This document shows positions 47,210 through 56,377 of a DNA stretch of 64,000 nt, in pieces. Below the pieces are notes generated by a model that searched no databases, had not been told where the DNA came from, and worked only from the letters and a program-made list of their open reading frames with translations. Position numbers and translations under genes: made by a program. The stretch is from a virus (lineage: Duplodnaviria > Caudoviricetes): the IMG/VR virus record IMGVR_UViG_3300025867_000005; one strand, given 5' to 3'. How positions within the stretch are numbered: the first letter of the stretch is position 1; every line of letters starts with the position of its first letter.

Positions 47210-47500
47210 ATGGCGAAGAAACTTTCAGACAAGACTTATCGCAACTGTTTGGACGCAAAAGGCAATTGTCTGAACTTGAAAGCCAAACAACCTAAGACCG
47301 TATCTGTCTTCTGTTGCGAAGCCACGGGAGAAGAATTCTCCTGTGTCGTATTAAATACCGACAGAGGCCTTTTAAGGGCTGCTGTTATAACGGATGAAAA
47401 TGACTTTGTTAAATGGATAGGAAACAAATGTATAGGAGCAGTTGTTCCTAGAAGAAATGCGCAAAACAAGGCAGTAGAAATGGGAATGTTGAGTTGTTAA
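47210..47500 (+). CDS. hypothetical protein
   Basis: promoter plus AGGAG. Confidence 0.65.
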   Translation: MAKKLSDKTYRNCLDAKGNCLNLKAKQPKTVSVFCCEATGEEFSCVVLNTDRGLLRAAVITDENDFVKWIGNKCIGAVVPRRNAQNKAVEMGMLSC

Positions 47501-48010
47501 ATGGCACATACTAGAAAAGACAGTTACGTAAAATGCAATGACATGTGGGATCATCTCCGTCCAGAAAATAAGAGATTCGTGGCGAAAAGGGAACGGATAG
47601 AAGCTAAAAAAATGATTCGCGATGAAATCGAATCTCCGGATGAAGTTGCAGAGAAAGGTCTTGGGCTTACCAAAGCCATTTCTACAATGCGAAAACTAAT
47701 TTTCGAAAAGGGAATATCTGTAATCCCTAAAGGTGATTATTGTTATAGAGGTAAATGTTGTTGTCCGTATTGGGACAGTGCTTCCAATGTAGAGGAACAG
47801 AGCAATGGGTTTTGTTGGTTTCTAGGCAAGGGAGACTGGATGCCTCCGGAAGAAGGTGGGACATTCCTCCTTTGGGATCAATGTAAAGAATGTGGGGAAA
47901 ATGAATGGGATGAAGACTGTTTTGCATCAAGACTTGAAGAACATCGTGTCAGTCTTGATTTGTCAGTAATTCAGAAAAATAAGAAGGATGAAGATTATGA
48001 AAATCTATAA
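47501..48010 (+). CDS. Cys-rich hypothetical protein
   Basis: IPKGDYCY..CPYW..C..LLWDQCKECG. Confidence 0.65.
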   Translation: MAHTRKDSYVKCNDMWDHLRPENKRFVAKRERIEAKKMIRDEIESPDEVAEKGLGLTKAISTMRKLIFEKGISVIPKGDYCYRGKCCCPYWDSASNVEEQSNGFCWFLGKGDWMPPEEGGTFLLWDQCKECGENEWDEDCFASRLEEHRVSLDLSVIQKNKKDEDYENL

Positions 48011-48833
48011 GTGTATAAAGGTTGATTCTGAAAATGGTAGTCATGCTATCGGAAAGAAGTTTTTCATTTATGACGGGATTCTTTATCCTTGGAAAACGAC
48101 GAATGGAGTAGGGATTGAATTGAACGAAGTTGGTTTGGAAAGTTCAGAGAAATTCGAAGAATACTTTGAAGTCTGTGAGGAAGTCGGGCTGGATCAAATC
48201 CCGATGCTCAGGATACACAAGGAAAATCTTATCAAGAAAAGAGATTCTTTAAAAAAGGAAGTTTCTGACATCGAAGAGGAACTTGCGGAACTGGAAGCGT
48301 CAGAATCAAAAATACAAAACCCGAAAGAGCTTACTGATGCAGAACTTTTTACAGAATTCTTTAACTTGGAGAAGAAACCGTTTCGTCTGATGTCCGAATC
48401 GGCCAAGAAAGTCCTTTTGCAACATAGTAAATGGGTAGAATGGTATAGTAAAGATGCTCAAATTTGGGTTCCGGTGTTTACTCGTTGGGACGCGTGGAAT
48501 GATGAAGCTTATCGGTTGCCTTTAGCTGTCATTTCTTTTTTTGCTGAAGGATATCGGGTTAAGAAACTTAGCGGAAAGCCCTTTAAATCAGGGAACAAAA
48601 TCGGTACAATTAAGGCTATCGTTGTAAACGAACAATGTCCGAATAAGCGTCTTGCATATACGTTTGAAGAAGATAATTCTTGTGTAAACATTGGAATGTG
48701 CGAGGTTATTAAAGAACATCATCATCCCTTCTGTAATTTTTGGAACGGACCGGTAAGCAAATGTAAACAATGCAAAGGTCTTTATGAAAGATACGGGGAC
48801 AAAACGCCGAATGAAATCATCGAAGAAATCTGA
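47988..48833 (+). CDS. hypothetical multidomain protein
   Basis: long ORF, coiled coil. Confidence 0.7.
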   Translation: MKIMKIYKCIKVDSENGSHAIGKKFFIYDGILYPWKTTNGVGIELNEVGLESSEKFEEYFEVCEEVGLDQIPMLRIHKENLIKKRDSLKKEVSDIEEELAELEASESKIQNPKELTDAELFTEFFNLEKKPFRLMSESAKKVLLQHSKWVEWYSKDAQIWVPVFTRWDAWNDEAYRLPLAVISFFAEGYRVKKLSGKPFKSGNKIGTIKAIVVNEQCPNKRLAYTFEEDNSCVNIGMCEVIKEHHHPFCNFWNGPVSKCKQCKGLYERYGDKTPNEIIEEI

Positions 48834-49128
48834 TTTTGAAAAGATGTTCAAGATAGATTGGCCAAAGATTTGGGAAAAGATAGGCGCTAATTGCTTGCAC
48901 ACTGTGGAGCGTGACGACGCCGAAGGTTACATGAACGTAGGTGCAACTTGTGACGGGGACTTTCATCTTAGTCTTGAAAAAGGAAGGAATCAATACGGGA
49001 TTTCTCCTTCTTTCAGTGCTCGTACTTTTAACGGCGGTGGAATGAATGAAAAAGTCAGAACGGCTTTAGCACTGCTTGCACTTGCCATAGTCGAAGATGC
49101 GGAGGAGAATAATCATGGACAAATCTGA
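48784..49128 (+). CDS. hypothetical protein
   Basis: ORF in operon. Confidence 0.55.
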   Translation: MKDTGTKRRMKSSKKSDFEKMFKIDWPKIWEKIGANCLHTVERDDAEGYMNVGATCDGDFHLSLEKGRNQYGISPSFSARTFNGGGMNEKVRTALALLALAIVEDAEENNHGQI

Positions 49129-49308
49129 AAAAATTGTTAAGGCATTAATTTCTGATCTGACAGATAGAAGTGGATTCGGAAATGTGTGGGATTCATTGGA
49201 TGATGAAATCCAAACTGAAATCAAACGAGAATGGAAGAACATCATTAATTCAGTTTCGGATAGGGATTAATTCTTGATATCCGTCTTTCCTTTTAGGAGG
49301 TAACGCAT

Positions 49309-49698
49309 ATGTTTACTGAACTAAAAAAGATAGCAAAGCTTCTTGTCGCCACTGACGGGAAAGACATTGACGGAACGATTATCGACTTCTTCATAAAGAA
49401 TGAGAAGGTTGATGACAATGACATCCACGCTCTTGCAGAGAAATTAGGATTGGACCCACATGAATTTGAAGGTAGGATTTATGGCATTCTGTCGGGTTTC
49501 CTTCATCAGGGGAAGAGTAAGGGGAAAACGGTGGATATTGAATCCAATCCGGATTTGCTGAGCAAGGCCATTCAAATTGAAATGGAACACACGACGATTC
49601 CAGCCCTTGCCAAGAAAATCGTAATGGATCATGTCGCGGAAGCCGGTTGGGGATATTACACCGCATTGATAGAAATGGAAAAGACGTTGAAGGGATAG
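49309..49698 (+). CDS. DUF5661-like protein
   Basis: IQIEMEHT....AKKIVMDH..E...YY. Confidence 0.65.
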   Translation: MFTELKKIAKLLVATDGKDIDGTIIDFFIKNEKVDDNDIHALAEKLGLDPHEFEGRIYGILSGFLHQGKSKGKTVDIESNPDLLSKAIQIEMEHTTIPALAKKIVMDHVAEAGWGYYTALIEMEKTLKG

Positions 49699-49749
49699 GT
49701 TCTCAACCTTTTTTGATACAACTGTTTAAAGGCATATAAGGAATGTCTG

Positions 49750-50124
49750 ATGTCTATTTTAAACAGTTGGAATATCAGCGCAGGAAGCAGGCACAAACAC
49801 AATTTCAGAAGGATGATAAAATCTCTGCTGGTTCAATCTTTCGGCGGTAGATGTTGCTGCTGTGGATATGAAAAAAGCTTGTGCAGTTTGACATTCCATC
49901 ATCTTCAGCCAGAAGAAAAAGAATTCACTATCGGGAAAATCAGATTAACGGAAGAAGACATGGACAAGCTTATTGCGGAAGCCAAAAAATGTGTAATGGT
50001 ATGCAATAACTGTCATGCGGAAATCGAATCTGGAATCACGCAGGTTCCAGAAATCCATTATGAATTCAATGAAAAAATGTTCAGAAAATCTCTAAAAGAA
50101 CATTTGAAAAGCAAAGACGAATAA
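49750..50124 (+). CDS. HNH endonuclease
   Basis: CCCCGY..LTFHH..P..K..EAKKCVMVCNNCHAE. Confidence 0.85.
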   Translation: MSILNSWNISAGSRHKHNFRRMIKSLLVQSFGGRCCCCGYEKSLCSLTFHHLQPEEKEFTIGKIRLTEEDMDKLIAEAKKCVMVCNNCHAEIESGITQVPEIHYEFNEKMFRKSLKEHLKSKDE

Positions 50125-50138
50125 TCTATTTCATTTCA

Positions 50139-50420
50139 GAACGTGGTAGTAGGGCTCTAATAAAGCCCGAAATCCCGGAAAGACGTAAAACTTCCGGACT
50201 GTTGGGGATGTCCCTAAACAAGATGTCCTAGTTTCGGTGCAGATTAGGCCGAAATGGTCCTGACTAGAGTTGTGAACTTTACGCAGGCGGTGAAGCGGAA
50301 AATGACAGAATTAAACGACTGTCTTACCGTGAGGGTTAAATACCTTGGGCCAATATACCTTGGGACACAAAGCGACGGCTCTACCCTTCAACTGTTGAAA
50401 AACAGAGAAACAGCACGTTC
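50139..50420 (+). ncRNA. structured RNA candidate
   Basis: closed by GAACGTG/CACGTTC and GTAGGGCT/GGCTCTAC; multiple internal hairpins. Confidence 0.55.
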
Positions 50421-50490
50421 TCCCCTTTCCCCTGTTGACAAATTCAGAAATAAGAAGTATATTCAATGTCGAAAAAAGAAAGGTATTCTT

Positions 50491-50763
50491 ATGGAAATGC
50501 CGCTTAGGGTTACAGGGGTACAGCTTATCGGGCACAGTTATGAATATCGCACAGGGTTCCGCATGCCAGGAACCAACATCGCTATTCTTTCAGATGGAAC
50601 AAAAATCTGTGTAGAAGAAGAAAAGAGTGAAGGGATTACCGGATTGCTTGATTATATTGACAAGGATGTCAAAAGAGATATCGATACGTCTGTTTTCAGG
50701 AAGAGAATTGATAGATGGGTTAAGACAGGGAGACTACCTGAAGAAAAGGAAGTGATGGGTTGA
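50491..50763 (+). CDS. hypothetical protein
   Basis: promoter plus RBS. Confidence 0.6.
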   Translation: MEMPLRVTGVQLIGHSYEYRTGFRMPGTNIAILSDGTKICVEEEKSEGITGLLDYIDKDVKRDIDTSVFRKRIDRWVKTGRLPEEKEVMG

Positions 50764-51608
50764 AAACAAAAACAGAAGCTATTTGGCCGATTCTCGGTTG
50801 CCTTGCTAAGGCTCAGGAATTTCTCAAGACAGAAGAAGAATATGCGTGTCAAGACAACATTCAAGAGAAATTCTTAGAAACGTTTTGGAGATGGAAGAAA
50901 GATTTGGTAAAAGTTCCTGTCGAATCAAGAGCAGACTTCAGCGTAGATCCGATTAATTCATGGTTGAAAGAAAGAGGGTTCGAGATCAGTCTTGATCCTG
51001 TTTGTTCTCCGGAATTCGCCGTCGCTTCTATCTTAGATGCTCTTGTCGAGTGGAAAGAAGAAGGGAGTTCTTGTAAGGTTAAGGATTTTACCGGCAAGCT
51101 GTATGACGGTGTTCGAATGGATTCCGGATATCAGATCCTTTATAGTCCAGAAGTCGGAAAGTATTTACAGGTCTACACCAAAACGGGTGAAGAAGTAAAC
51201 ATGGCTGTTTGTGACCCGGTTGGCCGTTTGGACAATTTCGGACTTACACGTCTGGCAATGGAAATCAACGATACAATGACCCATGATTCGTTTTCCCCGT
51301 CTTATGTCAGTTTCCCTATGATCGATTGTGATGAAAAACCAGACATTTCGTTTTTGAAGGGATTGAGCATTGAAGGATTCCGAATCGGAGAAGCATTACA
51401 GCAAACCCGTTTTAGGATGAATGAAAAGGGTGCTAGGGCGCAAAGCGCCGTCGCAATGGGATTCCGTTGCCTGTGTATGATACAGCCTACAAGTTTTGAT
51501 ATTGACAGTCCTTTCCTTCTTTGGATTAATTCTCCGAAAACCAGATATCCGATTTTTGCCGGATATTTTATGACTGAAACATGGAAACAACCGAAAGATC
51601 TGAAATGA
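50760..51608 (+). CDS. serpin-like protein
   Basis: INSW; QQTRFRMNEKGARAQSAVAM hinge; FDIDSPFLLWI; PIFAG. Confidence 0.6.
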   Translation: MKTKTEAIWPILGCLAKAQEFLKTEEEYACQDNIQEKFLETFWRWKKDLVKVPVESRADFSVDPINSWLKERGFEISLDPVCSPEFAVASILDALVEWKEEGSSCKVKDFTGKLYDGVRMDSGYQILYSPEVGKYLQVYTKTGEEVNMAVCDPVGRLDNFGLTRLAMEINDTMTHDSFSPSYVSFPMIDCDEKPDISFLKGLSIEGFRIGEALQQTRFRMNEKGARAQSAVAMGFRCLCMIQPTSFDIDSPFLLWINSPKTRYPIFAGYFMTETWKQPKDLK

Positions 51609-51892
51609 ATAACGAAGAGTTTATAGAATCTGCATTCAAAAAGCACGAAGAACTTGCTTCCCTGCTTCCGAAAGAACCGAATGCTGGAAGACACGGATAC
51701 CTATGTACATGCATTTTATGTCGAAGGGACAGGGAAAAAAGCGAGGAATTTCAGAATTGGCTTTTGGAAAGAAGGGATGTTGAAATTTTCAAAGCACATA
51801 TCGTCGGATTACGCGCCATTATAAAAGAAAACGCGACACCTGAAGAAATTGAAGCCAAAAAGAACATTCTACAAAGATGGTTAAATGATTGA
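51605..51892 (+). CDS. hypothetical protein
   Basis: coupled ORF. Confidence 0.55.
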   Translation: MNNEEFIESAFKKHEELASLLPKEPNAGRHGYLCTCILCRRDREKSEEFQNWLLERRDVEIFKAHIVGLRAIIKENATPEEIEAKKNILQRWLND

Positions 51893-51971
51893 ATTCCAGT
51901 AACTTCGTTTCGGCTGACTTGACAAAGAATCACGTATTTGTTATGTTGTCAACAACTGAAAGGAATAGGAT

Positions 51972-52748
51972 ATGTTTTTTTGGGAAAAAGAGAATAAGAA
52001 AATCGCGGTTCTGATTGACGGAGAGAACGCAAGACCGAAAAGCCTTAGACAAGTTTTAAAAACGGTGAACGGGCTTGGTAAGATTGACATCTTGCGTCTT
52101 TATGCTGATTTTTCAAGTCCTTTAACTTCAGGATGGAAATCGACTGTCATTGAGAATGACATTGAAATCAAGCATCAGTTTTGCCTTGTAAAGGGGAAAA
52201 ACACGATTGATATTGAAATCGTCATGGATGCTATGGAAATGATGGCCAATGGTATTGTTGACGCCATTTGCATTGTAAGTTCAGACAGCGACTACAGAGG
52301 ACTTGCAATCAGGCTTAAAAAGGGCGGCATTGAAGTTTATGGTTTCGGCGAGGGAAATACCGTGCCATATTTCCAGCAAGCCTGCACGAAGTTTTACGTC
52401 ATTTCTGAAGAAAAGAAAACCATGACAGAAGAAAATGTCAAAATTATCAGCAATGCGTTGGAAACACTTGCTACAGATGAAAGCCGATACGTGTATATCG
52501 CCCATATCGGAGAATGGTTGAAGAAAAACGTCAATGATTTTAACTTCAAGGATTTCGGATATAAGACCGCTCGTTCTTTCTTCGAAAGCCGTCCGGACAT
52601 TTTTGAAGTCCAGCTTCGTCCCGCAGGACTCACACAACAGGTTTATGTCAGAAACAAGGTTGCGGTTGAAAAGCCTACTGTTGTTACAATGTCAACAGAT
52701 TATGAACGTGATATCATGGCATCTGCTTTGTCAGACAGAATGGATTGA
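51972..52748 (+). CDS. NYN/LabA-DUF88 domain protein with OST-HTH
   Basis: LIDGEN, GKNTID, IVSSDSDY, FGYKT motifs. Confidence 0.88.
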   Translation: MFFWEKENKKIAVLIDGENARPKSLRQVLKTVNGLGKIDILRLYADFSSPLTSGWKSTVIENDIEIKHQFCLVKGKNTIDIEIVMDAMEMMANGIVDAICIVSSDSDYRGLAIRLKKGGIEVYGFGEGNTVPYFQQACTKFYVISEEKKTMTEENVKIISNALETLATDESRYVYIAHIGEWLKKNVNDFNFKDFGYKTARSFFESRPDIFEVQLRPAGLTQQVYVRNKVAVEKPTVVTMSTDYERDIMASALSDRMD

Positions 52749-53476
52749 TACAAATGAAACTCTCATCTCTTGGATTTGATGAACATACAGGTAAATATGC
52801 AGGGGAAGAATATGTTTTATCTTATCCTGACAAAGAACGTTCTGATAAGCTTACGAAGGCGCTTGGGTGGCCAGCAGGTTTGTCGGAGAAAATCGGAATA
52901 TTGAAAGAATTGGCAAACCCGAAAGACTTTAATTCTGAGTGGGAAAACATACTAAAAGTCTTTTCCAATCTTGGTCTTGAAATGAAGAACCTTAAGACAA
53001 GAGAAGATAAGGTTCTTTTGAAAATGGCCGAAGTTGTTTTTGAAGGTTCAAATCTTAATTTCGGTATTCAGTTGATGAACAAGAAACTCTTCGGATTGGT
53101 AAATGGAAAAATTTCATCCAAATGGGAACCTATTCCTCGAAAAGAATACGGTGAAACCGTAACCATTCATCAGATTTCTCCTCATACAGAAGGAGAATGC
53201 CTTTATGACCTTCAGTGCGGAAATGAAGCCTGTTATACCTGCTATCAGCATGTCACGATGAACGGCAACAGAATCCTTTGTTTCTATGGAAACGGATGGA
53301 TAGATGAAGGATTCCCTTATGATGAAGAAAAGGGTTATCCTGGGATTATCGGCAAGACGGCTGAAAATTTGAGGAAGTGCTTCAAAGAAGATAGTATTCC
53401 TATGTTTCATGAAATCTATAGTGGAGACATTCGGGATTTTGTAGATTATCATGAAGATCATGTTGACAACGCATAG
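52745..53476 (+). CDS. hypothetical protein
   Basis: long ORF. Confidence 0.7.
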   Translation: MIQMKLSSLGFDEHTGKYAGEEYVLSYPDKERSDKLTKALGWPAGLSEKIGILKELANPKDFNSEWENILKVFSNLGLEMKNLKTREDKVLLKMAEVVFEGSNLNFGIQLMNKKLFGLVNGKISSKWEPIPRKEYGETVTIHQISPHTEGECLYDLQCGNEACYTCYQHVTMNGNRILCFYGNGWIDEGFPYDEEKGYPGIIGKTAENLRKCFKEDSIPMFHEIYSGDIRDFVDYHEDHVDNA

Positions 53477-53514
53477 GAAATGTAATATCTTATAGACATT
53501 GAAAGGAAAATCGT

Positions 53515-53796
53515 ATGGTAAACGTCCAAGACTTTAAGAACTATTACTGGTATAAGTATGTTGTCTTTGCCGATGGACAAATCTTATTCGGTGAAGTAGA
53601 TCGCCCTCATACTAGTATCCGTAACGGAAATGTTACGGCTATCGGAGCCGGTAAGATCAAGTATAATGACGGATGTTTCAGCTTCGATGAAAAGGGAAGT
53701 TTCACCCTTAATTTAAAAGAAGCTTGTCAAGAAGAAGTCCGGGCTTTTCTTGTAGGTTTGGGAATCCAAGAGGCAGAAGGGGAAGCCTTTTATTAA
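53515..53796 (+). CDS. hypothetical protein
   Basis: promoter plus RBS. Confidence 0.6.
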   Translation: MVNVQDFKNYYWYKYVVFADGQILFGEVDRPHTSIRNGNVTAIGAGKIKYNDGCFSFDEKGSFTLNLKEACQEEVRAFLVGLGIQEAEGEAFY

Positions 53797-53806
53797 GGAA
53801 ACAAGA

Positions 53807-54085
53807 ATGAAAGAGTTTTCTTATAGTGTTTGTCGCGGGAGATACCTTCTCGGGGAATTGAATCCAGACAGAATTGAAGCCTTTTATGTCAGAGGTAAGA
53901 CGAAGAAACGCTGTATCGAAATCCTGAAGACTTATGGGAAATGCCATGTAAGCTACAACCTCTTGTCAAATTACGGTGGTCTTTGGGGAAATTACATAAA
54001 TAAACCTTCTTTTGAAGGTGAGGGGCTTTGGATGACGAGAGATTTTTGTTCCAAAGAACTTATTCCCGTCTGGACAGAAGAATAA
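53807..54085 (+). CDS. hypothetical protein
   Basis: RBS. Confidence 0.6.
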   Translation: MKEFSYSVCRGRYLLGELNPDRIEAFYVRGKTKKRCIEILKTYGKCHVSYNLLSNYGGLWGNYINKPSFEGEGLWMTRDFCSKELIPVWTEE

Positions 54086-54158
54086 TATCATGTCCTATTG
54101 ACATCTGACAACAGTTGTGCTATATTGTCTTCATTCTAAGCAACCAAAGGAGACGATT

Positions 54159-55130
54159 ATGGAAACTATTGAAGAGGTTCTCGGTAAGGCGGATGTCGTT
54201 CGCGATTCTAAGGCCCGCAGGGTTCTGAATGTCAGTGATAAGGATAGCGGCATCACTCTTAAGGAAATCGAAACACAGGGCGTTACGATTGAGCGCCTTC
54301 TCAGTCTCGATGTCCCCGTGTTCACCTATGGCGGTCAAGTCACGATTCACGGAAGGTTTCAGGACGACATTCAGGACAACCTTCGCGTTGCCGGTTACAA
54401 GTCGGTTTTCAAGAACGGAAACGGTAGCCTTGGCGTCCGGTATGTCGCTGTTGACGGGGAAAAGAAACGTCGGCTTGAAGACATTTGCAGTCTCGGCGGC
54501 ATGTGGTGGGTGTCGATTGACAGCAAGGGTTGTCAGGCATCCCGTTCCTTTAGTGACAAGCAGGCTTGCTTGGATTGCTACAACAGCGCCCCGACTGATT
54601 ACATCGGAACCAAGTATGCCTTCCGTGGTATCTACGGACGGTTTTATGTGGTTCTGGAGATCGGTGCCGTCTACGAGAAAGACTTTTGGAAGCTCGCAGA
54701 ATCACTTAGCGGGCTAAATGAAGACGGTTATAAAAATGCTTGTGCGGAACGGGAAGCAAAGCGGGAAGCCGATAGGTTGGAATATGAGAAAAGGCTAAAA
54801 GAACAGGAAGCCAAAAACGCAGAAATCAAAGCCAACCAAGCCGTGATTCGTGCCGGTATGGATAAAGCCCTTGAAGACAGTGGCTTCGTTAAGACGGCGT
54901 ATAAAGGTCCGGGCACCTATGTTTATTCCTTCATTTCCCGATACTATTCCGACAAGGTTGGATATATGGTTGTTGAAGTCAAGAAGGGCGGTTTCGGGAG
55001 GACGCTTCGGCGTAGCGTCTTAGTCAAAGACATCGTGGCAATTAAGTCGGTTGTCTTCAGCGGCAAGGCTAAAGTGATTGATGAGCTGAACCTGAAAAGC
55101 ATGGAGAAAAAGACGATGTTCCTTGTCTAA
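54159..55130 (+). CDS. hypothetical protein
   Basis: promoter cassette, AGGAG, terminator at 55135-55169. Confidence 0.75.
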   Translation: METIEEVLGKADVVRDSKARRVLNVSDKDSGITLKEIETQGVTIERLLSLDVPVFTYGGQVTIHGRFQDDIQDNLRVAGYKSVFKNGNGSLGVRYVAVDGEKKRRLEDICSLGGMWWVSIDSKGCQASRSFSDKQACLDCYNSAPTDYIGTKYAFRGIYGRFYVVLEIGAVYEKDFWKLAESLSGLNEDGYKNACAEREAKREADRLEYEKRLKEQEAKNAEIKANQAVIRAGMDKALEDSGFVKTAYKGPGTYVYSFISRYYSDKVGYMVVEVKKGGFGRTLRRSVLVKDIVAIKSVVFSGKAKVIDELNLKSMEKKTMFLV

Positions 55131-55242
55131 AAAAGATCCCCTTGCCTCTTGACAGGCAGGGGGATTTTTAGTATAGTACGGGTATCAAAAGAACCAAAGG
55201 GTTTTGTAAACCCAAAGAGGTTCTAAAGAAAGGTTCTGAAAA

Positions 55243-55515
55243 ATGATCAAAGCAACTGAAACCAAGCCCGGCGTTTTCGTTTTGGAGAATGAAAAGACCT
55301 ATGTCGAATACGATACCAATGAAAAGGTTATCTTCGGCAGGGATAAAGTTGACAGGAATAATGAACCCGCTTTCCTTACGACTTCTAAGCGTGGTTTAAA
55401 GAAAGTTTGGCCGATGATCGAATTTTCCTTTACGGAAGAGACGCGCATGGGTGGAATTCAGCAACAGTGTATGGGACAGGGCATCCGCACTCATCGTTGG
55501 TGCATGATGGACTAG
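55243..55515 (+). CDS. hypothetical protein
   Basis: promoter plus RBS. Confidence 0.6.
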   Translation: MIKATETKPGVFVLENEKTYVEYDTNEKVIFGRDKVDRNNEPAFLTTSKRGLKKVWPMIEFSFTEETRMGGIQQQCMGQGIRTHRWCMMD

Positions 55516-55538
55516 TCTGATGGATTCGAAAGGGCGAT

Positions 55539-55763
55539 ATGAAAACCAAAAACGAAGTCAGACAGGAATTTCTTTCCAAATTTCAAGCCTTGCTCAATGA
55601 GTATGACGCTGAAATTGAAGCTGACGATTATTATCCCGGATATCCGGAATGTGGTGAAGATATTCGGATGGTTGTAACAATTCCTTGTCTTTTTAAAAAC
55701 AATGAACTTGTTCGTGAAGGTGTGGAAATTCAGCTTGGGAAACACGTTTGGCCCCAATCTTAA
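55539..55763 (+). CDS. hypothetical protein
   Basis: RBS. Confidence 0.6.
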   Translation: MKTKNEVRQEFLSKFQALLNEYDAEIEADDYYPGYPECGEDIRMVVTIPCLFKNNELVREGVEIQLGKHVWPQS

Positions 55764-55767
55764 TAAA

Positions 55768-56376
55768 ATGCATATCCTCGGAAATATTCCTAAAGAACCA
55801 TTCTATATCGCCTGTAGCGGCGGTGTAGACAGCATGTTTATGTTGGATTTCCTCAGCCGATATCCACAAAACCATTTTGAACTCTTGTTCTTTAATCACG
55901 GGACTTCTGATTGTCATAATGCAGAGGCTTTCCTCCGCAGGTTCTGTGCTAACAAGAATTTCATTTTGCATGTAGGAAATGCGAATCGTGTTAAAGACAA
56001 GAAAGAAAGTCAAGAAGAATACTGGAGATGTATCCGGTATGATTTCTTGAATCGGTATATTGATCGTCCTATTTTGATGGCGCATAATCTTGATGACGCT
56101 GTTGAATCTTGGGTCATGTCTTCTATCAAGGGTGGAAATCCTATTCTTTTGCCGTATAGGAGAAACAACATCATCCGTCCGTTTCTGACTGTCAGCAAAA
56201 AAGAAATTATGTCTTGGGCTCTTAGGAGCCATTTGGAATGGTCACAGGACCAAAGCAATGAAGACACCGTACATCTCAGGAATTATATCAGGCATGTCGC
56301 AATGCCGATGATTTTACACATGAATCCTGGGATTCATTCTATGATCAGAAGGAAAATTATTGAAAGAGGGGTTTAG
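55768..56376 (+). CDS. tilS: tRNA(Ile)-lysidine synthetase, catalytic domain only
   Basis: ACSGGVDSM, NHG, RY, AHNLDD..E, IRPFL, DQSN, RNYIRH. Confidence 0.88.
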   Translation: MHILGNIPKEPFYIACSGGVDSMFMLDFLSRYPQNHFELLFFNHGTSDCHNAEAFLRRFCANKNFILHVGNANRVKDKKESQEEYWRCIRYDFLNRYIDRPILMAHNLDDAVESWVMSSIKGGNPILLPYRRNNIIRPFLTVSKKEIMSWALRSHLEWSQDQSNEDTVHLRNYIRHVAMPMILHMNPGIHSMIRRKIIERGV

Positions 56377-56377
56377 T

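Noticed and set aside
50254-50490. 5' extension of ORF 50254-50763
   Set aside because: It runs through the structured RNA and a promoter; the RBS supports ATG 50491
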